Shown here: positions 12,801 to 27,800 of the stretch, one piece after another
How positions within the stretch are numbered: position 1 is the stretch's first letter
Layout: every line of letters starts with the position of its first letter
From: Sphyrna mokarran
Taxonomy: Eukaryota
DNA length: 64,000 nucleotides
Direction of reading: 5' to 3'
Assembly: GCA_024679065.1 (NCBI GenBank)
Contig: JAGIQG010000009.1
Span: 91,450,001 to 91,514,000, forward strand
The notes under the pieces: model-generated
What the model saw: only the letters and a program-made list of their open reading frames with translations
Database searches by the model: none
What the model was told of the DNA's origin: nothing
Program-made: the position numbers and the translations under genes

Positions 12801-15800
12801 TTGTGGAATAATATTAACTTGAGCTTACATTGCACATTTAATGTGGAATGTCCCAATGAATCTTATCTGATAAAACTGTTAAATGGCCAAAAGCTTGGTC
12901 AAACAGATAGATCTTAAGGAATATCTTAAGTAGGGGAGGAATACGAGGGGGTTTAAGATTGAACTTCTCAACCTTAGGTCGAGCTAACTAAAAACATGGC
13001 ACCAATGAATGAGGATTGGAAGTTAAGGGTGTACAAGAAACTAAAAGTAAATGAATGCAGGTCACTCAGAGGATTGTAGGGCTGCAGAAGGTTACACATT
13101 GGGGTAGCATGGTGCCATAGGAGGATCTGAAAATGAAATTGTGAATTCTAATTTCAAGCCTGAAATCAATGCAGGTCGTCAGTAAGCACAGGCACAAGAG
13201 TAGAATTTATAGTAAATCATACTGTCAGAAACCTCCCAAATCTCTTCATGTACAATCAAGCCATCCAAAACGCTGCTAGCCATATCTTATGTCACATCGT
13301 GTCCCACTCTTCCTGGCATACACTGTCACGCAATATCCTGAATTTAAATCATCATTCTTGTTTTCAAATCCATTCCTGGCTTCATCTCTCCCTGCCTGTA
13401 ATCATCTCCAATCCCACAACATCCCAAGACATCTGCACTCCTTCAGTACTGGCTTCTTGAGCATGTGTATAATTGCTGCACCATTGATAGCGATGCCTTC
13501 AGTTAACCAGGTAATGAGCTCTGGAATTTCTGCACTGTACCTGTTCACTTCTGTTGCTTTCTTCCTTTCAGATACTTCTAGAAATACCTTTCAGACCAAG
13601 CTTTTGATCATTACAGTTAATATCTCTTTCTGTGGTTTAGTGTCTTTTTTTCACAGTGTTCCTGTGAAGCACTATGATGACTTCAGCCATTCTAATGAAG
13701 TTGGCTTCTAGAGTATGAAGCCCTAAGTTAACTTGAGTTTATTTATTTATTGGTCTGCAAAAGAGCTACCAAATGTGTTCTCACAATTGATGCTTTCCAC
13801 ATCTATTGGGCGCTGCAGGGGCCAGCGTATATTACTGACCCTGAAAATCACATGATTATTTGGTGTTTTAAATTTCTTTTTTACTTCGTTTTATTGTTCA
13901 GGCTGTTCCCTCTCCTTTAGGAGGTCTGCTCCTTTTAATTTGTCCCGAAGTTAATTTGAGTTAGTTTATTACGTTAGCACATGTTAAGTTCTAATTGATG
14001 GTTAAATCAGGGAGCCTCGTGCTCCCTATTTAAATCAGGCATGTCAGTCTCTCAGCCTGCATTCAGCAGCGAGCAACTGGAGAGCTGGCTGTGTGCAGAT
14101 CTATGTTGTAAATAAAGTAATTTGTGATGGGACTTCCACTTCCGTGGAGTTATACAAACACTTTGGAAAATTTTGTTACAATGAAGGCTCTCCACAAGTT
14201 GACAGTGTTACTGTTGAATTGTTTTGAAAAGTGGCTAATGTTGTGATGAAAGCAAACAGCTTCATTACAGTATTACTGACAAGAAGCAATTCTTCACCTA
14301 AAGAGGGATCAGTGACTGCAGTGGTCTCCAGATAGAGGTATGGGTTTAGGATACTCACTATCCTTCCTCCATGACGTGGGTACAAGGTACATGAGATAGA
14401 GGCCTCAGATCATTATGCAACAGAAGAATATAACTAACTCCATGTACTGCTTGGAAATCTTGTGGTTGATTGGGAAGAATTGTGCCTCTGAGTCAGAAGC
14501 TCTGGCATCTCCAGAACTTGTTCTCTGCTGGAGAATAGTTCATGATAAGAAATAATCTGTTAATTGTAGAATCCTTACAGTGCAGAAGGAAGCCATCCAG
14601 CCCAATGAAACTGCACCACCAAAAATCTCACCCAGGCCCAATCCTCATCATACCATATATTTACTTTGCCAGTCCCTCCGACACGAAGGTCAATTTAGCA
14701 TGGCCAATGAACCTAACCAGAAACCTCTTGGACTGTGGGAGGAAACCAAAGCACCCAGAAGAAACCCCTGCAGACACAGGGAGAATGCACAGACTCAGTA
14801 CAGACAGTGACCCGAGGCCGGAAATGAACCCAGGTCCCCGGTGCGGTCAGGCAGCACTGCTAACCATTGTGCCACTGTGCCACTCCTAATTTTATATCTA
14901 ATTTTATATTAATGGAGGTGGAGGCATTATCTTAGGGATTCATCTGGGCAAATTGAAAAAGATGTGTTTGCATAATGGAAGAAGTTAAATGAAGATTGGT
15001 GGAGTGTGTTTGAAAGGATTCAATCTCTAATGAAATGTTGAGCAGAGAAAAGACAGGCTGCAGTTCCATTTCTCAACAACTGACTTTCTAGATTATAACA
15101 GCAGGGATCAATCATTCTCATCACAGAACTTGTGGATTTGTAACCTCTGCCCTGCACAATATGCTACTCTGCCATACAAAGTAGAGATTCAAAAGTGTTC
15201 CCTTATCCAGTATAAGGTTAATCACAGGAGTGTCAATGTAAAGATCTCAATCAGAACAGGAAGAAGGAACAGAATCACTCTCCATATCTCCCTGATTCAT
15301 GGACCCACACGCTGTATACCCCAGGGTCACAGTCTGCAGTATAACTGTGGTTAGGTACCTGTCTGACACACATTAAATAGTCAGTGGGAGATTGGACATC
15401 ACTGATCTTACCGGATGTCTGGTTTGTGTTCTTCATTATTGAATTCAGACTCTCCTTTGCCATGTCTGATCGTACATTTACGACAGATGTAAGCTGTTCC
15501 CAATATTCCTCATCAAAAAATTCCACCATGAATTGCTGTCTGGGAATCATCCGACGAACGTGAGTGTCGTGATAATTAACTTGAACTCCCTTCACTATTG
15601 CAACATTAGTAACCTCAGGAAGATCACCAATTCCGGAGATTGCCGTGTATATCACAGTCAGTGAGTCAGTATCTGTAAAATAGTAACAGGTTAATAGATG
15701 TTTCCACAGACTACCAGCTGATCATAGTGAGAGCCATTCAAACTCCAATAATCCACATTCAATCCCAATCTTAGAATCCTGTCTGATATTAGCAAAGGGG

Positions 15801-18800
15801 TGATGGACAATCTAGAGCAGGATCTTCACTATCCTTCACAGAGCTTTTTAATCCCCCTTTATACATACTGACTAGGGATGGCTTCTGGGCAATGTCAGCC
15901 TGGCATCTCGATAATGGCCACCTGGCAGTGCCAGAGATAGACCCTATGTGGGAGGAGGCCTATGGGAGCAGGGCCTGAAGAGGCCCTGTAGTGTGTTTCA
16001 CAGCATCAGGAGAGGGAGAGGGTCCCGTTGCCACTCTGCAGCTGCAATATAAAGAGGGAGGTGAGGGGGTCCCGCCGCCATGCTACAGGTAATCAGTATA
16101 GGGGGGAGAACGGCTGACTGCCTCTCTGCAGCTCTGATTGGTTGGGGACACAATTAGTATTGTTTGCCTGGGCAGGGGTGGGGGCAACAGGGGCTGATGT
16201 GGGGCTCTTGAGGGCCATGGAGCCTGTGATTGCAGTGGAGGGAGAGAGTTCGTTGAGGCTATGTATAACAGCAGTGGACTAACTGTTGTTCCTATGGCGC
16301 ATGTATATTCTCACAGGTCTACACATGCGTGGTAGCTCTCTCTGCTGTTGTGCAGTAGCCCTCTCGGCTATTGCTGTTCTGCAGGCTGGCTGGTGAATTA
16401 AACCTTTCTCCCTATCTGTCGCAGCTATATATGGTCCAGCTGATATTTGCAAATGTCTAAGTCCATAAAATTGGGAGTGAAAACTCACCTAAAAAATGGA
16501 TCTGCAATTTTGCCATTTCCATGTTAGCTGGACATTTAGAATCATTCTCATAAAATTTCATCCATACTCTCACCAAGATCCTGCACAACTACTGCAAAAT
16601 TTTTTTTATTCTTGTACTCCAATCTCCTTGCAATAAAGACTATTATACCAATGGTCTTCCTAACTGCTTGCTGTAGCTCCATGCTAACTTTTTGCATTCC
16701 TTGTACAAACACATCTCAACCTCTCTGAGCATCAATATTTACATATTTCACAACTTTGAAAAAATATTCTGCATTTCTATTCTTATGGCAAAAATGAATA
16801 ACTTCCCACTTGCTGCGATTATACTGCACCTGCCATCTTGAGGCTGCTTCACTTACTGACATCTGTTTGCAGACTCTTGGTGCCTTCCCAACAGCTTACC
16901 TGTTCATGTGCCTATCTAGGTAAGCATTAAACAACTCTAGCGTGCCTGCCTCCACCACCCTAATTGGCAGTGCATTCACAGTGCTCTGTGAAAAACCTCT
17001 TGCTCACTTTTGAATTATACCTCGCCCCTCTCACGCTAAGCCCATGGCTCCTCGTAATTTTCATATCCAACCTGGGAAAAAGCTTATCACTGTTCATTCT
17101 ATCTATAACCTTCATAATCTTATATATCTCTATTAGATCTCCCTTCATTCTCCGTCTTTCTAAGGCAAACAGCCCCAATTTGCCCAATCCCTCCTCATAA
17201 GAGTAAAATGCCTTTGGATTTTCCTTAATCCTATCCTCCAAAACCATTTCATGCCCTCTTTTTGCCCTTCTAACTCCTTGTTTGAGCTCCTCCTACTCTC
17301 TTTGTATTCCCCAATGCTCTCTCCATTCCCAGTTTCTTAGACCTAAGAAAGAGACACCTCTCTTTTTTCCCTAACTAAGTCCTCAATATCCCTAGTAATC
17401 CATGGCTCTCTAATCCTACCTTTCCCATCCTTCCTCTTAAGCAGCACATATCTTTCCTGCAACCTTTTCAGTTTTCCCTTGAAAGACTCCCATGCCGAAC
17501 GTGGACTTATCCTCAAACAACCTTTCCCAATTAGTTTTAATAAGTTCCTACCTAATCTGACTGTAGTTAGCCTTCCTCCAATTTAGCACCCACCCCTTAG
17601 GGCAACAAGCATCTTTTCCCATTTGTATCGTAGACAGAATTGTGGTCACTGTTTGCAACATGTTCACCCTACTGCAACTTCATCCACCTGACCTGGCGCA
17701 TTACCCAGAACTAAATCCAATATAGCCCCTTCTCTAGTTGGGCTAGCTACATACTGTTCCAATGACCCTTCTTGTACACATTTTACAAATTCCTCTCCAT
17801 CCGAACCCCCAGTTCTAGGCACCTTCCAGTCCACCCCAGGGGGATTAAAATCTCCAAGTACAACAACCCTATTCTTTCTGCACCTACCAAAATGCCTTAC
17901 ATATACCTTCTTCCACTGCCCGCGGGCTGTTGAATGGCCTATAGTGTACCCCTAGCATAGTAACTGCTCTCTTCCTATTCCTCAACTCCACCCACCGCGA
18001 CTCAATTCCTAACTCCTCTATATTATCCTCCCTCTGCACTGCTCTGATGTGCTCCCTAACTAACAACGCCACTCCCCCTCCTCTGTCAAGCCTAAAACAC
18101 TTACATTTAGCTGCCAGTGCTGCCCTTCCTTTAACCACGTCTCTGTCACTGCAACCACATCTAAATTCCTTGCGAATGTTAAGGCCTTAACTTCATCTGT
18201 TTTATCTGTTACGCTCCTCGTGTTAAAACAGATGCACTCCAGACCTCCAGGCTCACCAGGATGCTCCTTCTCCCGGATGATTTTCCTCTCATCCAAACTT
18301 ACCTTGTCACCCAACTTGCTTCCAATCAGTGCCTACTGAGCTTTGGGTCTCATCTCCACCCCTCCTCCACACTAGTTAACACCCTGCTGAAACACTCCAG
18401 CTAACCTCCCAGCTAAGATATTCGTGCCCTTCCTATTTAATTGTTCCCCATTCCTCCTATACAAGTGCCCTTCTCTCACGAATGATGTACAAATGTAAAA
18501 CCCTCTGTCTTGCACCAATCCTTTAGCCATATATTTAGCTGTAGGATCTCATTATTCCAAGCCCCACTATTACTAAGCACTGGTAGCAGCCCAGAGATTG
18601 TCACCCTGGAGGCTCTGCTCTTCAGCCTGGCCCCCAACTCCCTGAACTGCCTACGCATATCCCCCCTGCTCTTCCTCCCTACATCCTTCTCTCCTATATA
18701 TAGAATTATATTAGCCTGGGTCCCTTCGCCCTTCAAAATTCCCTCTACTCCCTCAGAAACACCCTGTACCCCTGCTCCAGGGAGACAGGCTACCAACCTG

Positions 18801-21800
18801 GAGTCTCGCTTTTGTCTAAAGAACTGCCTATCTATTCCTTTAACCCTCCCATCCCCCACCACTATCTCACTTCTAGCCCCCTTCCTTCCCTCTAAGGCAT
18901 TCTGATCCTCCTTTCTTATGTTTTTTACCCCAGTTGTTGCCCTGCCCTCGATATTTTGGGGGACTACCGCTGGGGTCGTCTTTGGACCACGACTCCTCTT
19001 CTCCCCTTCCCAACAGTAACCCACCTGTCTCTCCCACTCCTGGTTCTGGGATCTCCACTTGACTGTGGTTCCCATCCATTATTGCCTCATTCCCTCTGAC
19101 TAAAAATACATCCTTAAGATGCAGCTCTAATTGCCTTACCCAGGCCCTCAGATGCTGCAGCTCCAAATACTTGATACAGATGTGGACTTTCAGGAGATGT
19201 GTTGTCTCCAGGAACTCCCACATATGACACCTAAAGCAATTAAAGCATCTCTCCATAGACCCTGCCATTTACCTGACCACCTTCGGAGTTATGAACACAA
19301 AAATGGAAAAGAAGAAAGACAGAACAGTAACACATCTTGCCTAAGCCTGTTCTCGCCTAAGCCCAGTGAGCCAAAACCCTTACAGCTCTCATTCTGCTCC
19401 CAACTCACTCCACTGCCCATTCCCGGCAATGCCCGCTGTCTACTGCCTTCTTTTCATCCTCCCGCGCTCCATTCCAAACTATCCCCACGTCTAACTTCCA
19501 CTACGGTAAGAAAAAACAACCAAAAATCCCACAAATCGGAAATAGAGAGAAGAAGAATTGAATGAAAATTCACTTGATTGACCACTCACCTTAGCAATGC
19601 GGTTGAGTCTTAAATGCTCTCAGGAATGGGTAATAAATGCTGGCCCAGCCAGTGACACCCACATCCCATGAACAAATAAAAAAGACCCACAGCACCCATG
19701 TAAGCCAGCCATTACATCCCAGAAATGTTGCAGCCCGAGTATCCGGTGCCCCCTTTTCCCCTGAACTCTGGGGGCTGCCGCTCAATGGGACATTCCTCCT
19801 CACTCTCCTTCGCTATTGCTGCCCCAGGCCCAGACTTTTATAAACTATCTGTGATTCATGCTGGAGTGACGTCACGCTGGAGAGGAGGGAAAGGTACAGG
19901 AAGGGTAAAAGGGCCGTGCCAAACTCTAATGATATGTAAACCTATACAAATGCATGGAAATTGACATCCCGCTGGAAAAAATGGCCTGGGAGAATCCCGA
20001 ACCACCTGACACCAGACACAAATTTGATTGTTCGGCTGACGGCCTATTTCCCTGTCTCGCTACACTGACCAACGAATGCAGCAAGGTACAAAGATCATAG
20101 CATCAAGGACCCAGGTTCAATTCCCGGCTTGGGTCACTGTCTGTGTGGAATTTTCACGTTTTACCCGTGTGTGCGTGGGTTTCCTCCGGGTGCTCCAGTT
20201 TCCTCCCACAATGCAAAATGTGTGGGCTAGTGGGTGGCCATGGTAAATTGTCCCTTAGTATCAAGGATACTAGCCAGGGTTAATGCATGATGTTATGGGG
20301 ATGAGGTTTGGGTGGGATTGTGATCAGTGCAGACTCGATGGGCCGAAAGGCTTCCTTCTGCACTGTAAGGATTTCTATGATTCCATGAGGGAGATGGACA
20401 ATCCAGAGCAGGATCTCCACTGACCTTCACAGAGCTTTTTAATTCCCCTTTATACATGCTCACGAGTATACACTCAGTTTGGAAAAGTCAAGGAATCACC
20501 AGGCAGGAATATTCCGATTTAAATTTCACTCCCAGCTGTGGCTGCCTGGAAACACTCTCACCTCTGACTCAGTATGTTCTGGATTGAAGCTCCCATTCCA
20601 GAGACTGGGCTGCACACACAGTGTATTACTGACAGAAATCTTTCTGTATCTGCTTTCTCCTTCACACCTTTTGTCAAAATACATTGGTAACTTTGGAATC
20701 TAACATCACAGCTCCCAAATCAAAGTACGGATTTTAATTTGTTAAGAACATAAGAACCAGGAGCAGGAGTCGGCCACCTGGTTCCTCAAACCTGCTCCGC
20801 CATTCAATAAGATCATGGCTGATCTTCTTGTGGACTCAGCTCCACTTACCCGCCTGCTCACTGTAACCCTTAATTCCTTCACTATTCAAAAATTTATCTA
20901 TCCTTGCTCTGAAAACATTCAATGAGATAGTTTCAACTGCTTCACTGGGCATGGAATTCCACAAATTCACAACCCTTTGTATGAAGAAGTTCCTCCTCAA
21001 CTCAGTCATTAATTGGCTTCCCCTTATTTTGCGTCTATCTCCCGAGTTCTAGTTTCACCTACTAGTGGAAACAAGCCCCCTGCTTCTACCTTATTTATTC
21101 CCTTCATAATCTCAGATGTTTCTATAAGATCTTCCTCATTCTTCTGATTCCAATGAGTCTAACCCCTGTCTACTCAGTCTATCCTCATAAGCCAACCTCT
21201 CAACTCTGGAACCAACCTAGTGAATCTCCTCTGCACCCCTTCCAGTACCAGTAGATTCTTTCTCAAGTAAGAAGACCAAAACTGTACACAAACTCCAGGT
21301 GTGACCTCACCAGCACCTTATACAGCTGCAACATAATCTCGCTGTTTTTAAACTCCATCCCTCTGGCAATGAAGGACAAAATTCCATTTGCCTTTTAAAT
21401 TACCTGCAGCACCTGTAAACCAACTCCTTGAGATTCTTGCACAAGAACGCCCAGGTCCCTCTGCACAACAGCATGCTGCAATTTTTTACTGTTTAAATAA
21501 TAGTCCATTTTGCTGTTATTTCTTTCAAAATGGATTACCTCACATTTACCAGTATTATACTCCATCTGCCAGATCCTCGCCCACTCACCTAGATTATCTA
21601 CATCCCTTTGCAGACTTTCAGTGTCCCCTTCACACTTTGCTCTTCCACCCATCTTAGTGTCATCTGTGAATTTTGACACACTACACTTGGTCTCCAACTC
21701 CACATCATCTATGTAAATCGTAAACAATTGCGCCCTAACACTGACCCCTAAAGCACGCCACTAGTCACTACTCACCAGAAAAACACCCATTTACTCCCAC

Positions 21801-24800
21801 TCTTTGCATTCTGTCAGTTAACCAATCCTCTACCCATGCATTACCTGTAAAATCAGACACCTTTATCTTATGTAGCAGTCTCTGATGCAGCAACTTTCAA
21901 ATGCCTTCTGCACATCCAAATACATCACATCCACAGGTTCCCTATTGTCCACTGCACATGTAATGTTCTCAAAGAATTCCACCAAATTAGTCAAACATGA
22001 CCTGCCCTTCGTGAACCCATGCTGTGTCTTACCAATGGAACAATTTATATCTAGATATCTCACTATTTCTTCTTTGATGATAGATTCAAGCATTTTCCTT
22101 ATTTCAGAAGTTAAGCTTATCAGCCTGTAGTTACCTGCCTTTTATCTACCTCCTTTTTTAAACAGTGGCATCACATTTGTTGTTTTCCAATCTGTGGGAA
22201 ACACTCCATGGCCCAGCGAATTTTGGTAAATTACCACGAGTGCATTTCTTATTTCCCACTGACAGCTCTTTAAGTACCCTAGAATACATTCCATCAGGAT
22301 GAGGAGATTGTCGATCTTTAGCCCCATTAACTTGCCCAACATTCCCTCTTTTATGATAATGATAGTTTCTAGGTTCTCACCTGCCATAACCTTCCTGTCA
22401 TCAATTTTTGGCATGTTATTTGTGTCTTCCATTGTGAAGACCCACACAAAATATCTGTTCAATGCCTCAGTCATTTTTTCATTTCCAGTTATTACACCCT
22501 GTTTTTCATCCTCTATGGGACCAAAGTTTACTTTCACCACTCTTTTTCGTTTTATATATTTGTAGAAACTTTTGCTCTCTGTTTTCATATCCTGAACTAG
22601 TTTACTCTCAAAATCCATCTTACTTTTCTTTATAGCTTTCTTTGTGGCTTTCTGCTGATCTTTAAAGATTTCCCAATCCTCTCGGTTCCCACCAATTTTT
22701 GCCACTTTCTATGCATTTTCTTTCAATGTGGTAACCTCCATTCTTCCCTCTGTTTTTGGATCTCTGTTTATTGCAGAACCAGAGGATCATTGATTAGTCT
22801 CAGAAAATTAAATTAATTAAATTAAAATTAAAGAGATAAATAGTCAATCTGTTCCTAGTTACCAGGAGGATCAAACTCAGACAGGTTCAGATTCAGGCTG
22901 ATAAAAATCTAATCTTCATCCAGCGCCTTTCACAAAGTGAAACTTCCCCAAGGACAGCTTTATAAAACAAAGATTGACCCAGAGACATACACAGCTCATT
23001 GCACAAAAATTGTCTTCAAATTCCAGGGTTAAAGGAGTATTTTAAAGAGAGGCTGCAGAGAGGTGTAGGGAGGGATTACAGAGTGAAGGACCGAGGTTAC
23101 TGAAGGCACATTCCCCAGTGTGGGGGAGATTCTAATCCCTGATACTGGAGATATCAGAATGAGAGGAACACAGAGATCTCACAGAGTTTGTGAAACTGGA
23201 GGAGATTACAGAAATACGAAGGTGCGAGGACATGGAGAGATTTCAATTTTTAAATCTGGGGCAGAGGGAATGGTGCCTTCATTTCAAAGAGAATGGAATA
23301 TAAAAGCTTGCTAAAACTTGTTATACAAGACACCAGTTAGACTACATCTGGAAAACTGTGATCAGTTTTAGTCCCCTTATCTAAATGAAAATATGCTGGC
23401 GTTGGAAGCAGTCTAGAGAAGATCCACCACGTTGTTCCCAGGTATGGAGAGATTTTCTTATGGGGAGAGGTTGAGTAGGTTGGGCCTGTATTCACTGGAG
23501 TTTAGAAGAATGACAGGCAACCTTATTGAGACATCTCGAATTCTCAGGGATTTGACAGGGTAGATGCTGAGAGGGTGTTTCTCCCTGTGGAAGAATGCCA
23601 AGACTGCAGATGAGGTTGATGAGCTGCATCTCTTCAATACCTTTGAGGATCGCTATGGGGCTAGCAGGGAAGGGTGAGGAAGGAATGGTCACTGATGGTC
23701 AGGTCCTGATTCTCCATGGAAGTGAGCATTTCCAAAACCCGAGTTCAAATGACTCCTTCCAGGTAATGGCATACTGCTCAGACACTTGTCCCTTTCTACT
23801 TTCCTTGTATTCTATAAGGAAAGTAGAAAGAAACTTAAGCAAGGAGTAAGGAGGGCTAAAAAGGGTCACGTAAAAGCACTGGCCAGCAGGATTAAGGAAA
23901 ATCCCAAGGATTTTCATACATATGTAAAGAGCAAGAGGGTAGCCAGGGAAAGAGTTGGCCATCTCAAGGATAAAGGTGGAATCTATGCATGGATCCAGAG
24001 GAATAGGGAGGTATTAAATGAATAGTTTGCATCAGTATTCACCAAAGAGAAGGACTTGGTGGATGATGAGTCTGGGAAAGGATGTATAGATAGTTTGAGT
24101 CATGTTGAGATCAAAAAGGACAAGTTATTGGGGTTCTTGAGAAACATTAAGGTGGAGAAGTCCCCAGGGTCTGAAGGGATATACCCCAGAATATTGAGAG
24201 AGGCAAGGGAGGAAATTGCTGGGGCCTTGAGAGAAATCTTTGTATCTTCACTAGCTACAGGGGAGGTCCCAAAGGATTGGAGAATAACCAGCGTTGTTCT
24301 TTTGTTTAAGAAGATTTAGCAAGAAAAATCCAGTTAATTACAGACTGGTGAGCCTTATGCCAGTGGTAGGGAAATTATTGGAGAGGGTTCTTTGAGACAG
24401 GATTTGTACCCACTTAGAAATAAATGGACGTATTAGTGAGGGGCAACGCGGTTTTGTAAAGGGGAAGTTGTGTCTCACATACTTGATTGAATTTTTCGAG
24501 GAAGTCACAAAGATGATTGATGAGGATAGGGCAGTGGATGTTGTCTACATGGACCTCAGTAAGACCTTTGATAAGGTCCTTCATGGCAGACTGGTGCAGT
24601 AGGTGAAGTTGCATGGGATCAGAGATGAGCTGGCAAGGTGGATGCAAAACTGGCTCAATCAGAGAAGATTAAGAGTAGCAGTGGAAGGATGTGTTTCTGA
24701 ATGGAGGGCTGTTACAAGTGGCGTTCCTCAGGGATCAGTGTTGGAACATTTGCTATTTGGAGAAAAATGTAACTGGATTGATTGGTAAGTTTGTAGATGA

Positions 24801-27800
24801 CACAAAGGTTGGCGGTTTTGTGGACAGTAATGAGGACCATCATAGAGTATAGCAGAATATAGATTAGTTGGAGAATTGGGCAGAGAGATGGCAGATAGAA
24901 TTTAATCCGGACAATGTGAGGTAATGCATTGTTGAAGTCTAATACAGATAGAAAATATATAGTAAATAGCAATACTCTTAAGAGTATTGATAGGCAAAGG
25001 GATCTGGGTTTACATGTTCACAGGTCACTGAATGCAATGCAGGTGAAGAAGGTTGTCAAGAAGGCATACGGCATGCTTGCCTTCATCAGTTAATGCATTG
25101 AGTTTAAAAATTGGCAAGTCATGTTGCAGTTTTGTAGATGTGGAGATGCCAGTGTTGGACTGGGGTAAACACAGTAAGAAGTCTCACAGGTTAAAATCCA
25201 AACTTTATTTGATAGTAAACCCACAAGCTTTTGGGGTTTGCCCCTTTGTCAGGTGAGTGGAGAGTTCTGAAGAGATGTGTATTGTCTCCGGACAGGACAG
25301 TAAGTGAAATGTTGCAAGTTCAGGCAAGTTGTGGGGGTTACAGATAGTGTGACATGAACCCAAGGATGAGGCCTTCCTCAGTCTCCGCTCAGTGACTCTG
25401 CGCTGTTGTGTGTTGTGAAGGCCGCCTTGGAGAACGTTTACCTGACAATCAGAGGCCGAATGCCTGTGACCGCTGTACTGTCTGGAGACAATACACATGT
25501 CTTTAGCCCATGCCTAATGCTATCTCCACTCACATTGTCTGCATCTTTAAGGCTTGAATGACAGGTTAGCTGTAAAGACTCGCATTGTAATCAGTATTCT
25601 GTAAATTGTGTGTGCCTTTTATGTGCTCTGTTTGAGACCAGAACTCTTCGCTCACCTGACAAAGGGGCAAATCCCAAAAGCTTGTGAGTTTACGATTAAA
25701 TAAACTGATTGGACTTTAACCTGGTGTTGTGAGACTCCTTACTGTATTTATCCCAGTCCAACGCCGGCATCTCCACATCAGAACAACCATCGACACTGCA
25801 AACTGCCGGATCCAAGTGGAGAGGATCTCCAAGAAGATTGCACATATCGATGCAGACATCAAGTTTTTATAAAGATGCAAGAAAGCGGACAAGGTACCGA
25901 AAAGACTACAGATCATGGACCCACTCAGTTTAACCTATAACGCAGACCACGCTGAGACTTTGCTTTTGCACCCCTCTCACACACCAGTTCTATAGCAAAC
26001 GCCGAATCCTGGAAACCAAGATAGAATACACATTGTCAACTTGCACTCAGGACTCAGATCAGCTGCAAAACACTGCCAAGCGGATGAGACAAAGAAACTA
26101 CACCATCTACATGCACATCAAGAACAGGAAACTTGAGAAACTCAGCATCAGCACCAGCAGCAACCAAGTCTCCCCCGGTCCCACAATAGAAAACAGTACC
26201 ACCGCAGAGAGGTCCATTGTCAACTTGTCGGACTACACACTTCAACCAGACGAAATCGAAGTTCTCAGCCGAGGACTCAATTTCTGCCCCACCACCAGAA
26301 TGGACCCCATCAGTCTCGCAGCAGATACAGAGGAATTCATCAGGTGAATGAAGCTGCAGGAGTTCTTCCACAAAACACAAGAGGCCAACAGTGAACACAG
26401 TGAGATAGCCAATGAACAGGAACAGCTGAAGAGAGATCTACAGTGCAGCAAACAAAGAGGAAAGAGTCCAATTGGACTCCTGCAGAAGGCCGCTGCCCTC
26501 GACTGGACATGTTTGGCCAAGTCATCAGGAGGTACGTCAACATCAGATTCATCAACGGCACTCACAAGACAGCCTCGAACATCATCCAAGCACAATGCAA
26601 TGCCATCCACACTCTAAAAACTAACGTCACACTGTCAACAAAACAGCAGACAAAAGAGGGGCCATTGTCATACTTAACAGAACAGATTACTGCAAAGGAA
26701 CAATGAGGAATACCACAGTTACTGTAGATCCGATCAAAGAACACACCGTCAACTCAACGGACTGATCAAGGCCTTTGATTTGGACCTTTAGATTATCCTC
26801 CGAGCTCTCATCCCACATACTCCCTGCGTTGGAGATCTCTACTGCCTCCCAAAGATACAAGGCAAACACACCCGTTGGTCCCATTGTATCGGGCAATGGG
26901 ACCCTACATGAAAACCTCTCCGGCTACGTCGAGGGCATTCTGAAACCCATTGTACAAAGAACCCCCAGCTTTTGTCACATCACTATGGATTTCCTACGGA
27001 AACTCAGCGTACACGAAACAGTCGAACCAGGGACACTCCTCATCACAATGGATATCTCGGTGCTCTACACCAACATCCCCATGATGATGGCATTGCTGCG
27101 ACTGCCTCAGTACTCAATGCTGACAACTGACAATTTCCACATGCAATTTTACAACTCATTCGCTTCATCCTGGACCATAATATCTTTACTGTCAACAACC
27201 AGTTCTTCCTCCAGACACAAAGAAGAGCCATGGGGACCAAACTTGCACCTCAATAAACCAACATCTTCATCCGCAAGTCAGCCAGAGACCTCCAAGTCTC
27301 AGCCTCCTGGGGGTCTCCAACCAAGGGGATCACAGGCCATGGGGTGTGGAATGTAGTACGATGTCTCCCCAGCCAATGTGCATCTTGAGGGGTCACCCTG
27401 GTGCAGTAAAAGGCCTTATAAAATTCAGAAATTCTAATGTCATCAGGAGGACAGAAGTTGAGTTCAGAAGAAGGACACTAGATACTGTTTAAAATGACAT
27501 ACCCCTGTTATATTGCACAATTAAATATCATTCCTTCATGTTATTTGTACTGTTAGTTTCACCAAGAAATATTATTGTATCCCCAGCTGTGACTAATCTT
27601 TCTGTGATTCCTGCCCTACAGGGATGACTGTATCCTGACCGCACACAAAGAGGCTCAGAACGTCATGCTGTGTGACAGAGGCCCTTTGGCCAGTAGGCCG
27701 CCCTGGTATCTCCAGCACCCACCGCACCTTGTGGCCCCCACAGGGTTTTGTCCCCCCCTTAACCCCACACAGCCCATTGCCTGCACGTTGATATCCAAGA

